Assembly (NCBI GenBank): GCA_048013815.1 | Contig: CM106585.1 | Span: 2,418,001 to 2,482,000, forward strand | Direction of reading: 5' to 3' | DNA: 64,000 nt | Source of the DNA: Setoptus koraiensis | Taxonomy: Eukaryota; Animalia; Arthropoda | In this document: piece after piece, positions 12,191-24,149 of the stretch | Layout of the letters: each line of letters opens with the position of its first letter | Numbering within the stretch: position 1 is the stretch's first letter | Position numbers and translations under genes: made by a program | Notes under the pieces: model-generated | Databases searched by the model: none | Told to the model about the DNA's origin: nothing | The model's input: only the letters and a program-made list of their open reading frames with translations

Positions 12191-13121
12191 TCAATGATGC
12201 GAAATGCAACAAGTATAATCAACTTTTGAAGAGGCATTTACTGGATTGATCAAACCCAAACAATATTAGATCTCATGAATACAACATACTAGCTCCCAAA
12301 TAATACACGTCAAAAGCCCGTCCCTATTCGAGACTGTTTTTGCTCGAACTACAATTTTCTATCATGTCTCATTGTTGTCCAGTTAATCTCTTTGGAATGT
12401 TAGAAATAGTTTTTTTCTTCCGTCGATTCTAAGTCTACGCCTATTTTTGTATTCCTCGGGTTCTGTTATAACAATTTAAACGCAACGTTATTGTTTTATT
12501 TGATGATTGATTTAAACTCAAACACTAAATTGATTCGATGCATCGTGTAATACACTCTTGAAGAGTGAAGGTTCTCATCATCAAAGTGACGGTAACCTTT
12601 ATTTGTAAATGTTATATAATGTCAAACAATATAATATAATAATCATATTGTCATATCGAGGTGTGCTGAGACCATTAAATGATGATTTCTTTAAACTCTT
12701 TTATAGTGGCGCGATATAGTTATAGGCTCAGTTACCAACAGAAAGGATAAGTTAGCACCAAAATTTTTTCTATACTACACACCTTTTCGTACAGGTAACT
12801 CAGATCAATGCAAAAAAATTCATAGCAAACTTGAACTTGGTGAATTGCGACATCTATCAGCCGGCAGGCACTTAACTTGAGTGTGACTTGGTGGTAATTA
12901 TTATGTGATTATATCGATTAGGTTAATATAAGAAAGAACTGTTCTACTGACAAATCAGATAAGTTAGTAGTGCACAAATCTCGCAATTAAAACTTTAGCA
13001 CACGTACAGTAAAGTCATAGTATAGACAGCAAATGTAGACATGCAAAATTTTGTTAGCGACGTATTGGCTCCATAGACACTCGTTAAATCACTATTTAGG
13101 AGAGCAGGAAAGACTTGAAAT

Positions 13122-14973
13122 ATGTTACAATCAACAACAAAAATCGTATCCATCGGATTTACTTTGGTGCAATTGGTCATCATCGTTACTAATCCAACGG
13201 CATTATGCAGATATAGTAAGTTTTACGATCGTTGATTGGAAGATATATTGACCTGATCGACATCATGAATTCAAATAAATGATTTTTTTCTTACTATCTT
13301 CAGTTACAAAACAAAGTTTAACAATGAAGAGATGTCTGCCTTATTATCATGACTCTCACAATCCAACCAGGATAAGCTGCGAATGCTCTGTAGATCATTG
13401 TGACAATCTTGTCTTTGATTGGCCTGAGTCACAACAATTCTTGAAAATAGTTAGCAGCGAATCAGGTCATCGATATTCATTGTATAACTCACCAATCGAA
13501 AAGGTAGCGCTGCCACCACACAGTTCTATCACTGATTACCTTAGGGATGATCGAGATGGTCAAGAAAGCAACGCCCACACAATCACATTGGATTACTCTA
13601 GACAGTACCAAGCTGTATTAGGCTGGGGTGGAACCTTCACCGATGCGTCGCTCATTAACATAAACAAGTTACCGCAAAAACTGAGTAAAGTTTTGGTGGA
13701 AAATTATTACGGTGCAGATGGTTTGCAATACAACTTTGGAAGAGTGCCAATCGCTGGCACAGACTTTTCTAATCATACTTATACATACAATGATGTGCAG
13801 GTACAAGATTATAAGCAAGAATTTTGGAGACTAACCGATGAGGATACAAAACTAAAGATACCATACATCAAGATGGCTAAACAATTGGTTGCTGAGCGCA
13901 ATGACAATCTAAAGCTGTTTGCTTCATCGTGGTCGCCGCCACCGTGGATGAAAACAAATCGCAAATTCGTTCGCGGCTTCTTGCGAGGTCCGTCGTCAGT
14001 TAGAGGGAAGACATACAAAGCCTATGCAAAATATCTATTGAATTTTCTTCAAGCTTATGGAAAGAATGGTTTATCTATGTGGGGCATGACTGTGCAAAAT
14101 GAGCCCGGATCGGCTTTCGTACCGTTCTATTCTTTCAACAGTTTGCAATTTTCACCAGCAGAACAAATAGATTTCATAAACTATCACCTAGGTCCTTTAC
14201 TTCACCAACATGGATACAATAAGAGTAATTTCAAATTAATCATTGGTGATGACAGTGTTGGCATTGTCAACATTCTAATAGATAAAATATTAAGCGACGT
14301 TTCCGTCAGAAAATATGTTTCAGGTCTGGGAATACACTGGTATTTAAGTGGCCCTATGTCCTATTCTTATATTGACAAACTCTATGAAAGTCATAAGGAC
14401 GAAATAGAGTTCATTTTGATGACAGAGGCTTGTACTGGTTCTATGCCATACGAACACAATGTTGTCTTAGGCGACTGGTCTCGTGGAGTTTCCTATGCTA
14501 AAGATATAATAGAAGATTTAAATAGAAATGTCAATGGTTGGATAGATTGGAATTTAGCTTTGGATTTAAAAGGTGGACCGAATTGGGCCGGAAATTATGC
14601 TGATAGTCCTATCATAGTAGATTATTCGAACCAAAAATTCTACAAGAACCCTATGTATTATGTGCTCGGTCATTTTACAAGATTCATACCACCCGGTTCT
14701 AAGAGAATACAATTAAATATGGTCAAACGAAATAAGAGTATGACAATACATGAAGCTCACTATAAATTGAATGAATCACAAGATAGTTCAATCATGGCTA
14801 CAGCATTTATTTTACCGTCAAAGAAGCATGTGAGCTTGATATTGCTCAATTTATCTGATAGTTTTAAACAGGTTCGTGTGAAGGTAATTGGAAACATTGG
14901 AGACCCTTCAACGAGTCCACTGAGTGTAGAACTAGATCCACATAGCATAACTTCACTGGTACAAGGAATCTAA
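13122..14973 (+). CDS. GBA1: Lysosomal acid glucosylceramidase (GH30), 2 exons, 587 aa
   Basis: Signal-peptide exon 13122-13215 (MLQSTTKIVSIGFTLVQLVIIVTNPTALCRY), gtaagt intron 13216-13303, exon 13304-14973. Motifs GRVPIAGTDFS, QNEP (acid/base), TEAC (nucleophile) and DWNLALD..GGPNW..N..DSPII. Confidence 0.95.
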
Positions 14974-15220
14974 AAGGTGCTGTCAAGAAACAGACTGACA
15001 CAGTAAATATCGATCCAAATTTGATCTGGTTATGATTAATTTGATGAATTGATTGAATGATCAATCAAATGCTCGTTGCCAGGAATCTTGCTGAAGCCTT
15101 TTTCACTGTTTCAACCATATAACTTCAATATACTGACACTGCAATTATGGCAATTTTAATTCTAGATAGTGAGTGGAGCGACGATCATACTGATTCATCA
15201 GTTGTTTAATACAGTTATTG

Positions 15221-18200
15221 TCATGATGTTAAATTTCTAGCAACTAAACACATCTCTTGGCAAAGTTCGCGACATTTTCTTTTGTTTTTCTTCTCTTTAA
15301 GTATCAGTGGCAGGAAGTTGGATTTATGTTCTTTACGCAAATGTTTTGTTGGAAAACCGTCCTTTTCTATTATCTTTTTAACTGGGACGGTCAACTCAGG
15401 TCTGTAGTTGTCAACTATCGATATAAAAATATCAGCTATATGATCTATCGAGGCTCTCGGGGTATTGAATAGACCACCAATCACCTCCATTATGCGAATT
15501 AACAAATCCTCTATCGAAGTAACAACTATCAATTTAAGTTTCTCATTATCGATTTGCGCACTGCGGATGACGAAAGTAATGATAAATCCACTAACTTCGG
15601 ACACGGTTCTTTTTTCAGGAAATGTTAAACAAGCCAAGGCCCATTTGTATATACTGGCGAGATCCAAGATGGGCTCTTCTAAAGTGAAAATAACTGGATT
15701 TTTCTTTAATGCATGTTGAGCAAACCGAAAATAGTTCTCCATGAGATGCGATTGGTGTCCCAATTCATCAGATGAACGAGCGGTCATGGTTCTTTCTGTT
15801 ATTTCACAAAGCGCATTCCGGAAGGCTTGCTGTAGATCCCTGCAATTTCGGAATAAAGTGTAGATCCCGAAAAGAGTCTCTAAAATGGTCGGATTGTATC
15901 TTGGGTTATATAAAGTAACAAATATCCTCAATATATCGCCAACTAGAGGCTTGAGATCTTCTAGCAAGGTACGAGTAGATTTTCTAATGCATGAACCTAC
16001 AATATCAAGGAAATCCTCGTCAGTGTTATATTGTTGAGCTATGGATTCAAGTAGAGGTAGCAATTGTTGTAAAACGTGAAAAACGGGTGGAACTGCTCCA
16101 CCATTGCATGCCATTTGTGGAACAAGTGGTGGCTGAGGATTTTCCTTGTTGCAATCATCTAACTCATCCTCAGATATGTTATCATGCATTTGATACGCTT
16201 TGAGAGATTCCATGAGGGCAGCAAGAATAATTAATCTATCAGATATATGCGACTTATTGATATTGATTTGTTCCGCTGTAGTCGATTGCTCTTGATTCTG
16301 ATGAGCCAGAGCCTGTAGTTCAGTCAAGATTGGACGTAGTAGAGTGGTTAGATAATCCATAACTTGATCATTTGGTAAGATCGCTAGTGCATGACCAATG
16401 CAACACATTAGCCTTGCCCTTTCATTAGTTGGTAAACCAAATTCTGGCTGAACGGCTTCAAAACAAGAGGCAAGTATTTGCGGGGCATACGGTTTTAAAA
16501 CAGCCTGACACTCCTTTGTTAAGTCTTTGAGAGAAAGTGTCGCCATCATGTGAGCGTGATGATCTTGTGCTTTCAATCCAGCTAGCAACAGACTAAAACT
16601 AGTGCCAAGATGGGGCTCTTGGTGATAATATAACCACTCAAAGTAGGCAGCGACCATCTCGGAAGCAGTGCAGTAAAGAATTACAGAGTTGATTTGACTA
16701 AACGGTATTCTTGCAATTGATTCGAATATTTTAGTTAGATAACAGTCTTCATCGTATGGAACATGCTCTGCAATCGATCTAACTCCAAACAAGGCTGCCT
16801 CAAGCTTCTGCCATGGCTTAGCTTCATCGTCCCTAGGTGAAGTCGATAGATGATTTAATCCAGACTCTAGTTGATTACAAAGCTCAAGGAGCATACTCTT
16901 CTGCAAAACTCCGTAACATGTGGAAAGTGTGTCGCCGATATCTTGTCTATAACACCTGTGTGATTCTTTTTGATCTTCGGACCAAGAGCTATGGTACGCC
17001 GCCATAGCGGGGAATTGCACTTTGGCTAATAATACTTCAACAACATTTTGTATGAGTGGGGTGAACAGCTGTCGATAATATTCCAATAGAGGAGTATCTG
17101 ATGTTACTATATCTTCCTGAAATGAGTACCAGAAACTGAAGGCCGTATCACTATGTCTTTCATCAATTGGAAACATTCCAGGTGCTGAAGTGCACTGCAA
17201 AATTATAGCGAGCATCTTCGATATACTGGAATGCACTCTGGTTTCGTCGTTGCATGCCACTTGTTTACCTATGAGATCCAGCATTAATCGTGAGTGATTA
17301 TCTGAAAAGTTGATAACTAACGAATAGATATCAACAACAAGTTCTTCACTATCTTCATCGTGCCGGTAACGCTCGATTATGTTATCCAATTGAGCTAATC
17401 TAATAATCGCCTCAATTAATGATTGCCGATATAAATTAGCCTTATTGTGACCATAAGTTGCAGCTAAGGCAGCACAAGCTGGCTTGCATAATTCTTCATT
17501 TGCTATAGAGTTAAACAAGATGTCTATTAAAGCTTGGTGATTGTCTTGTTCTAGAAGCGATGTCAAAGAGTGGTGAGTCCAACTGGTGCAACACTTAATG
17601 ACGCTTTTTTTGCATTCTATACTGACAAAGTTCTCATCTGTGATTAATAATGTTTGAATAAATCGGAAAACAGAAGCTCCCGCCTGAGAGATGGCATCTG
17701 ACAATTTGGCTCTTTGTTCTTTGTGGGGAACTATGCTAGAGTACTCCTCTGGAATGAAAGAAAGTAGTCGCAAAAGAATGTCGACAATTCTCTTGGGTTC
17801 TACTGTGACAGGTAAATTTTGTGGTTGGAAAGTTTGCAGGATATCCTCGATTGCGTTAGTCCAGAACGAGCCCATGGCTCTAACAGTGAAAACTGCCAAA
17901 GCTAGGGACAAGCGCTCAATTACAATCCTATCACTGTTTGAGTGGCCAGCATATCTCACTAAGGTATCAACAAGCTTAGGTCTGAGGTTCAATTTTAACC
18001 AATCCTCTTCTAATTGATACCAATTTTGATTGATTTTAACAACTATTGTATTTGATGCAAAGAAGCGCACCGAGACAGGATAATTAACATTGGGATCTAG
18101 AAGAGGCCAGCATAAATCCCATGCAGCGGAAGAAGATTGAATCTCAATCAATTGTCTATCTGCTTGTGTCTGTTCTTCTGGCTTGGAAGAATGATATAAT

Positions 18201-18385
18201 TGATTAACTAGATTAACAACATGACAAATTACTTCCTCTTGTGTTTTATTACTAATCCAGGCATCGATGTTGTTGCAATGATTGTTTGGTTGCATTGTAT
18301 TATCGTGTTCTTCGAATGAAGTTTGATGTTGGTTATCACTTAATTGAGATTCCTGAACCACCGACATAGCTTCATCGAAGTCCAT
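15221..18385 (-). CDS. IPO13: Importin-13 (karyopherin-beta family, HEAT repeats), intronless, 1054 aa
   Basis: QLYH..QADRQLIEIQSSSAAW..CWPLL..VRFFASNTIVVKINQNW; PGMFPIDE..S...FSFWYSFQEDI; HRCYRQDIGDT; W..LEAALF. Confidence 0.9.
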   Translation of the reverse strand: MDFDEAMSVVQESQLSDNQHQTSFEEHDNTMQPNNHCNNIDAWISNKTQEEVICHVVNLVNQLYHSSKPEEQTQADRQLIEIQSSSAAWDLCWPLLDPNVNYPVSVRFFASNTIVVKINQNWYQLEEDWLKLNLRPKLVDTLVRYAGHSNSDRIVIERLSLALAVFTVRAMGSFWTNAIEDILQTFQPQNLPVTVEPKRIVDILLRLLSFIPEEYSSIVPHKEQRAKLSDAISQAGASVFRFIQTLLITDENFVSIECKKSVIKCCTSWTHHSLTSLLEQDNHQALIDILFNSIANEELCKPACAALAATYGHNKANLYRQSLIEAIIRLAQLDNIIERYRHDEDSEELVVDIYSLVINFSDNHSRLMLDLIGKQVACNDETRVHSSISKMLAIILQCTSAPGMFPIDERHSDTAFSFWYSFQEDIVTSDTPLLEYYRQLFTPLIQNVVEVLLAKVQFPAMAAYHSSWSEDQKESHRCYRQDIGDTLSTCYGVLQKSMLLELCNQLESGLNHLSTSPRDDEAKPWQKLEAALFGVRSIAEHVPYDEDCYLTKIFESIARIPFSQINSVILYCTASEMVAAYFEWLYYHQEPHLGTSFSLLLAGLKAQDHHAHMMATLSLKDLTKECQAVLKPYAPQILASCFEAVQPEFGLPTNERARLMCCIGHALAILPNDQVMDYLTTLLRPILTELQALAHQNQEQSTTAEQININKSHISDRLIILAALMESLKAYQMHDNISEDELDDCNKENPQPPLVPQMACNGGAVPPVFHVLQQLLPLLESIAQQYNTDEDFLDIVGSCIRKSTRTLLEDLKPLVGDILRIFVTLYNPRYNPTILETLFGIYTLFRNCRDLQQAFRNALCEITERTMTARSSDELGHQSHLMENYFRFAQHALKKNPVIFTLEEPILDLASIYKWALACLTFPEKRTVSEVSGFIITFVIRSAQIDNEKLKLIVVTSIEDLLIRIMEVIGGLFNTPRASIDHIADIFISIVDNYRPELTVPVKKIIEKDGFPTKHLRKEHKSNFLPLILKEKKNKRKCRELCQEMCLVARNLTS

Positions 18386-19246
18386 GGTTGATTTAATTGG
18401 TTGTGTTGCTTTTTGGGTGTCTATTATAATATAAATATATATACTAAGTACGTATTAGTGGTAAGTCACTTTATACTGAAATTGAGATTATTGCTTCGTA
18501 TCTATTACTGCAAGTAGAACGCGAATTGTTTACGATGGTGTGTATGTGTGTTATTACATGTGTGTCATTAAATGTGTAATATTACTGTTATAATAATATT
18601 CTCCTTCAATACCTTATGAAAAGTATTTCCATAGTATCTTTTGAGTTCGAATGGGTCTAATTGTTAGTTGTTGTGAGGGCTACGTTGACTACAGCTGCAA
18701 CGAGCTAAATATTTCATGTTGTTATGTTAATCTTTGTTGAAAAACAACTCATGATCAATCGGTGATGGCAAATTGATTAGTCAAAAATCGTAAATCTCAT
18801 AAAATAAATATAAATAAATAATGATAATCCATTGCACCTCCGATGTCAACGATGCAAATAGCTGCATATTAAATTGATCATATGTTTGTGAGAAGACATT
18901 CATAAAATGCACTCACACAAGTTTATTACAGGGTGTTCTCAAATTATTGTCATATCTTTTCCGATGGTACACGTGCTCTGAGGTGCTACTTCAATTGTGG
19001 CAGCGTTGCGAGATCGCTGTGATCATGCCAGAAAAGAACATTTGTCGAAATAATTTTGTCTGTCAACATACGTTACTTGGTAAACATCTAACAAGTATTT
19101 GTGGGTGCCTCGCTAAAAGTATTCTTTTTGAGGATTGCTTGAATTTTGCCGTCAATATCAATCTATGAAAGTGACGTCGCTTTGATGGAATTCTCAGCAT
19201 TCAGCGCCCAACGTGTGAGCGCAAGTTTTGAATCCACATTTTTCAT

Positions 19247-19649
19247 TAGTGATCGGGGGAGGTACGTCTCCCCCTCCCACCTCCCCGATTTCATGTCGGG
19301 GAGGTGGGAGTAAGGACCTCCCGCCTCCCCGTTTCAATCAGCACCGGTTTATCAGAACGAAATAACAGTTGAGGCACCAGCTATCAAAATCATTAGAATC
19401 ATATAAAACAATTAAAATAAATTGTTTTGTGTCTTTTTTATATTTATTTCAAGCATCTGGGAGAGATTTGGGACCCCCCCGTTTTTTTCGGGAGGTAAAA
19501 ATGCCTCCCCGGGGAGGGGGAGGCTCCCACCTCCCCGTTTCGAAACGGGGATAAACACCTCCCCACCTCCCGCTCCCCATTTTGAAACGGGGAGGGGGAG
19601 GTGGGAGCCTCCCGCGGGGAGGCCACCTCCCCTCCTCCCCCGATCACTA
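19247..19649. mobile_element. Intact non-autonomous hAT-superfamily MITE (family B), 403 bp
   Basis: Perfect 16-bp TIRs TAGTGATCGGGGGAGG (19247-19262) and CCTCCCCCGATCACTA (19634-19649). Identical 8-bp TSD TTTTTCAT at 19239-19246 and 19650-19657. GC-rich subterminal repeats; no transposase ORF. Confidence 0.93.
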
Positions 19650-20548
19650 TTTTTCATTGTGACTATATTAAATGGATAGTATGTTTGAGAAGAGAATATT
19701 GTGCTCACAAGATGCAAAGTTACCTTACATAGCGCACCGGAACGATTGTAAATCTAATCTCTGATTATGATAAAATAGCAACTTTTATAGTTTGAGTATG
19801 TTATGTAATCAATACAATGCGCCGAGAATCAATACATCATTGTACATCATCCTGATAAAGAATTGTCAAGAGAATCGTTGGTTTTGAGATAGGAAATCCG
19901 AGTGTCTCTTAGTGTAAATGGAATTTGGTGGTTTGGCCAAATTTATGTTAGCAACTGAGTAGACATGGTGATAATGTCGGGAAGATTTCTGACAATTGAA
20001 TGAAAACAATAGGAAGAGAAAAGTTTCCCAGATTGAAATCAATATTTGAGAGAATGTCTCTTTTATTTATTGTGTCTAAATTGTATTCATTCGTTATCTG
20101 TAGCTGCTCGATGAAACAAGTTGATATAGACATTAATGTTATACTATGTGACTATTTTTCAATATCTAATATACAAAGCTATCTATGGAGATGTAAGAAG
20201 AGTTCATCGGTGTTAATCAAATTGAAATAATTATGTACTGTCGCTATGGCTAGACACTAAATATATCAGCCAGATCATCATGTGTTTTTTACATCGGTTG
20301 TGACTCTCATATCGATGACTATCACAACAAAGTAATTGTCTGAATTAGTCTTGACAACAACTAATATTGTTATATTGTCACTGATAGCATGCATAAAGAG
20401 GGCCTACTGAAGATATAATCTTGTCGAAAATAATCGATTCTAGTTGGCTGGAAATCAATTTTGAGACACAATTTAATTAAAAATCTAGCTTAAAACTTTA
20501 ATCAAACAAGAGAAAAAGTTCAGTTGGTCGCAAGCTCCCTAGATAATC

Positions 20549-22749
20549 ATGCCCGTTGTGAGTAAGGATGAGGCAACTAGTGTCTGTATAATCGGTGCCG
20601 GAGTTAGGTGAGTTGCCAATCATTAAAATGAGATCGGGCTTTTTTTATGTTTCAATTCTACAACGACTCTCATTATAATTATATCTGCTTTCATTTTCTA
20701 ACATTCGTCATGCAATTTTCGTTGCAGCGGCGTACTCGCCTTAAAGGCCTGTCTTGAGGAAGGTCTTCAGGTGACATGTTACGAGAAAAGCCAGGCTTAT
20801 GGAGGACTGTGGCAATACAGAGAGAATTACAATGAGGAATTTGTCGCCACAGTCATGAATACAACCATCTTAAATACATCGAAAGAATTGTCGGCCTTTT
20901 CAGATTTTCCACCACCTGCACAGTATCCAAATTACATGCCTCATTCGTTGTTTATGAAATACATGACAGATTATGTAGATCATTTCCAATTGAGACAACA
21001 TATACAATTGGACAGTTCAGTGATGAATTGTCAGCCTCAAAAGACGAGAGATAAAGGTAAAACAGGTATCAATTGGTTAGTAACAATAGAGGATAGGTCC
21101 ACCAATCAAGTGTATTCTAGAACATTTGATAAACTTATTGTAGCTATAGGTCACCATGCATTGCCATTTAGACCAACATTTGCTAACCAACAACAATTCA
21201 AGGGTCAGATAATACACACACATGAGTTGAAAGATCCCATTCATGATGAGAGATTCAAAAACAAAACTATCTGTGTTGTTGGCATTGGAAATTCGGCTTG
21301 CGATAGCGCAGTTGACATTAGTCTTATCAGCAAGAAGTGTTATCTGTCCTCACATAGGGGCAATTGGTTTGTGTCTCGAATAGGACAAAATGGACCCTAT
21401 GACGTTGACCTCAAAACACGCTGGAAGCTATACTTACAGAAGTGGTTTGTTATTTCGAAATATCTCAACAATTATCACAAGCGTCAAATTGAACAACGTT
21501 GGCCGCATCACATGTTGGGCCTGACGCCCCAGCACGAGGTCTACGAACATCCACCAAACGTCAACGATTACATGGCGCAAAGGATAATGAGTGGCTGTAT
21601 AGAGATAAGGAACACCATTGAACGTTTTACTGAAAACGGAGTTATATTTCGTGGGCATGATCACGAAACACCATTAGATATGGTGGTACTAGGTACTGGT
21701 TATAGAGTGGAATTGCCATTTTTTAAAGACGAATACAAGATGGGATTGCGCTCTAGTCAAAGCAAAGAATTACTCCTCTATATGACCATATACGCTCCCC
21801 AACTAAAGCTAGGTCTAGACACATATGATAGCAAAAATGATTCGAAATCGGACACTAGTGACGATTCTGACAATGAGCTCACCAATCAGCTAGTCAGCTC
21901 GTTGGCCTTTGTAGGTTTTATCCAGGTAAGCTCAATTAACATGAATACATGTACCCAGATAGCCATCCAACTAATTTGGGTTCTATTCTTTTATTATCAT
22001 TGGAGATTATTTGTTTGTTTTTTTTTTGAATCTTCGTGCATCAACGACAGCCCGGAGGTTCCATATTTGTCTGCTCAGAAATGCAATCTCGCCATGTTGC
22101 ACTCGTATTTTCTGGTAAACTGAAACTACCCTCAGACAAACAACAAATGTTTGACTATATATCAAGAAAAAAAGGAAAAACAATCAGATCGCAAACGCGT
22201 GAATTCAGCGTAGATAATTGGATTGGTTATCTGGACGAGCTAGCGAAACAGATTGGATCAAAACCAAACATGCTATCGATGTTCTTCGCCGATTTTAAAC
22301 TGTGGCGGCAACTGATGTTCGGACCATCAGTACCTTACCAGTACCGCTTGAAAGGTCCGCATTCTTGGTCGGAAGCTCGCCAAGTTATTCTCAATGTTCC
22401 TAACAGAATAGAACAAGGATTGAATGGAGGTGAAAACAATATTTTGTACAAGTATCGTCAAAGGCAATTGTTTGCCGATTCGTTATCGGCAAACAATCAA
22501 GTTAAACAGCAACGATTCTTAGCCAATCACACATTCTTTGACTCATGTGCCAAGGGTAATGGTCTGAGAATATGGACAATGTTCAAGGAGAAAATTTTTG
22601 GATCAAACATACAAGAACAAACTGATAGACAGATAGCTAGCTCCAAATTGGAGGGCCGCTATTCTTTGATGGCGCCAACATTGTATGTAAGCCTCTTGGC
22701 CACTTCAGGTGTGGCTGGCTCAATCTACCTGTTGCTATATCGTAATTAG
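20549..22749 (+). CDS. Flavin-containing monooxygenase (vertebrate FMO1-5-like), 3 exons, 651 aa
   Basis: Exons 20549-20607, 20728-21925, 22051-22749. FAD motif CIIGAGVSG spans intron 1; GGLWQY; NTSKELSAFSDFP; FKGQIIHTHE; NADPH motif VGIGNSACD; LGTGY; FGPSVPYQYRL.GP; C-terminal hydrophobic anchor. Confidence 0.93.
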
Positions 22750-23790
22750 ATTGGATTTGACTTAGAGCAGAGACTAAAATAGTTTATAAAAACTAAAACT
22801 ATTCCAAATAGCTACAAGTGATATTAATATGCATATATGGTACAAATATAAATAGATATGAATAAAATATCAATGCAATCAATTGAAAATATGACATGCT
22901 CTAACAAGCAAAATAAACTAGGGATGCCGTCGTTTCAACAGCGTATATCTCATTCTCGTGCACTTTATGGCTGCAAAATTTGGTGAACGGACATTTTGTA
23001 GAACGAGTATTTCATGGTCGTGCATTTATTTCATGTATAATCTAATGTTATAGATACCTCTCTTCACTACGCGGGAAGATGTTGATTCCTAGGTCTTTTC
23101 TTTGGTGCCTTCAGAATCGTACCCTGAAAGATGTATTGAAACAGTGGCAGTACAAAGCGTCGCAAAGTTTTGAATGATTCTAAGCTAATTTCGGTAAAAA
23201 TATCGTTGAAATCGAGCAAATTAAGACCACAATGACCAAGCTAGTTTTGTCGATCTAGCCACCTGACGCGAGACAGAATTAGCGAAGATTGCCAAAGATA
23301 GCTCTAAATACTAGATGACTGGTGGAGAAATGATGCAGTTCATGTAGTCTGTTTCCACCATGTGACAACTATCATTAGAACAGCTTGATTGGCATGGACC
23401 ACCAGGCAACACCTTTGATGAGCACTGCTTCCTTCTTGAGATACTCCTCTCCGACCGCCTCATCTGAAAGCTATTGTTGCTCGTCTCTCATCGCACCTCA
23501 TTATAATGGTCATCTTGATCGCATACACAAATGACGCCCGTCTAAGCTATTGAAACCCAATTGTATGCGATGAAAGAGGACCTGGCTGAATAGTTACATA
23601 GATTGTTTTGCAACCTTTATACTAATGTGTTAATCCGAGTGACAAGGTCAAACCTGCCACTATCAGCCACTTTGTTACATGACAGAAATGGATGAAAATA
23701 GACGCTGGCCGATTTAGTGTGTCCAAGCGCTACTAGATAGAGCCTGCGGCGCTTCAGTTCTTTCAGATCTTGTAACGGTCGAACGCACTT

Positions 23791-23801
23791 TGCGCATGCG
23801 C
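23791..23801. promoter_or_regulatory. NRF1/Erect-wing-like motif TGCGCATGCGC upstream of TMTC2
   Basis: 11 of 12 bases of the palindromic consensus, in a CpG-richer patch about 350 bp upstream of the ATG. Function inferred. Confidence 0.35.
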
Positions 23802-24149
23802 CGAATACAGTATTTCAGTGATTCGATCGACGTCGAGTTTACTCGCGAATCGCGATTAATTTTAGTTGTGAATTCAATTCATCAGATAAAAGTCATCTGC
23901 CGCAATGTCCCATTCTCTTTCTAACAGATCGAAATTCACAATCAAGTTTGTCGCCTAATCATTCAGACCACACCATCTCGTTGAATCTTGCTACATCAGT
24001 GAAAGTGATAGTAATCGCAAGAAGCGCGAAAAGTTCCATACTGTAATACAAGACACAGAAGAAGACATGAAACAGAACAAGATATGAAACAGAACAAGAC
24101 ATGAAAAAGAGAAAAAGATTCACCAATCGGCTGGCCAGATTTATCCAAT

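Noticed and set aside
18927-18950. TACAGGGTGTTCTCAAATT resembling a Tc1-like MITE left end
   Set aside because: No matching inverted end found downstream.
19369-19717. Gly/Pro-rich ORFs on both strands
   Set aside because: Translations of the hAT MITE subterminal repeats.
23090-23470. Minus-strand frames with protein-like fragments (EAVGEEYLKKEAVL.., LGHCGLNLLDFNDIF..)
   Set aside because: Interrupted by stops and no family recognised; cannot support a pseudogene call without a homology search.
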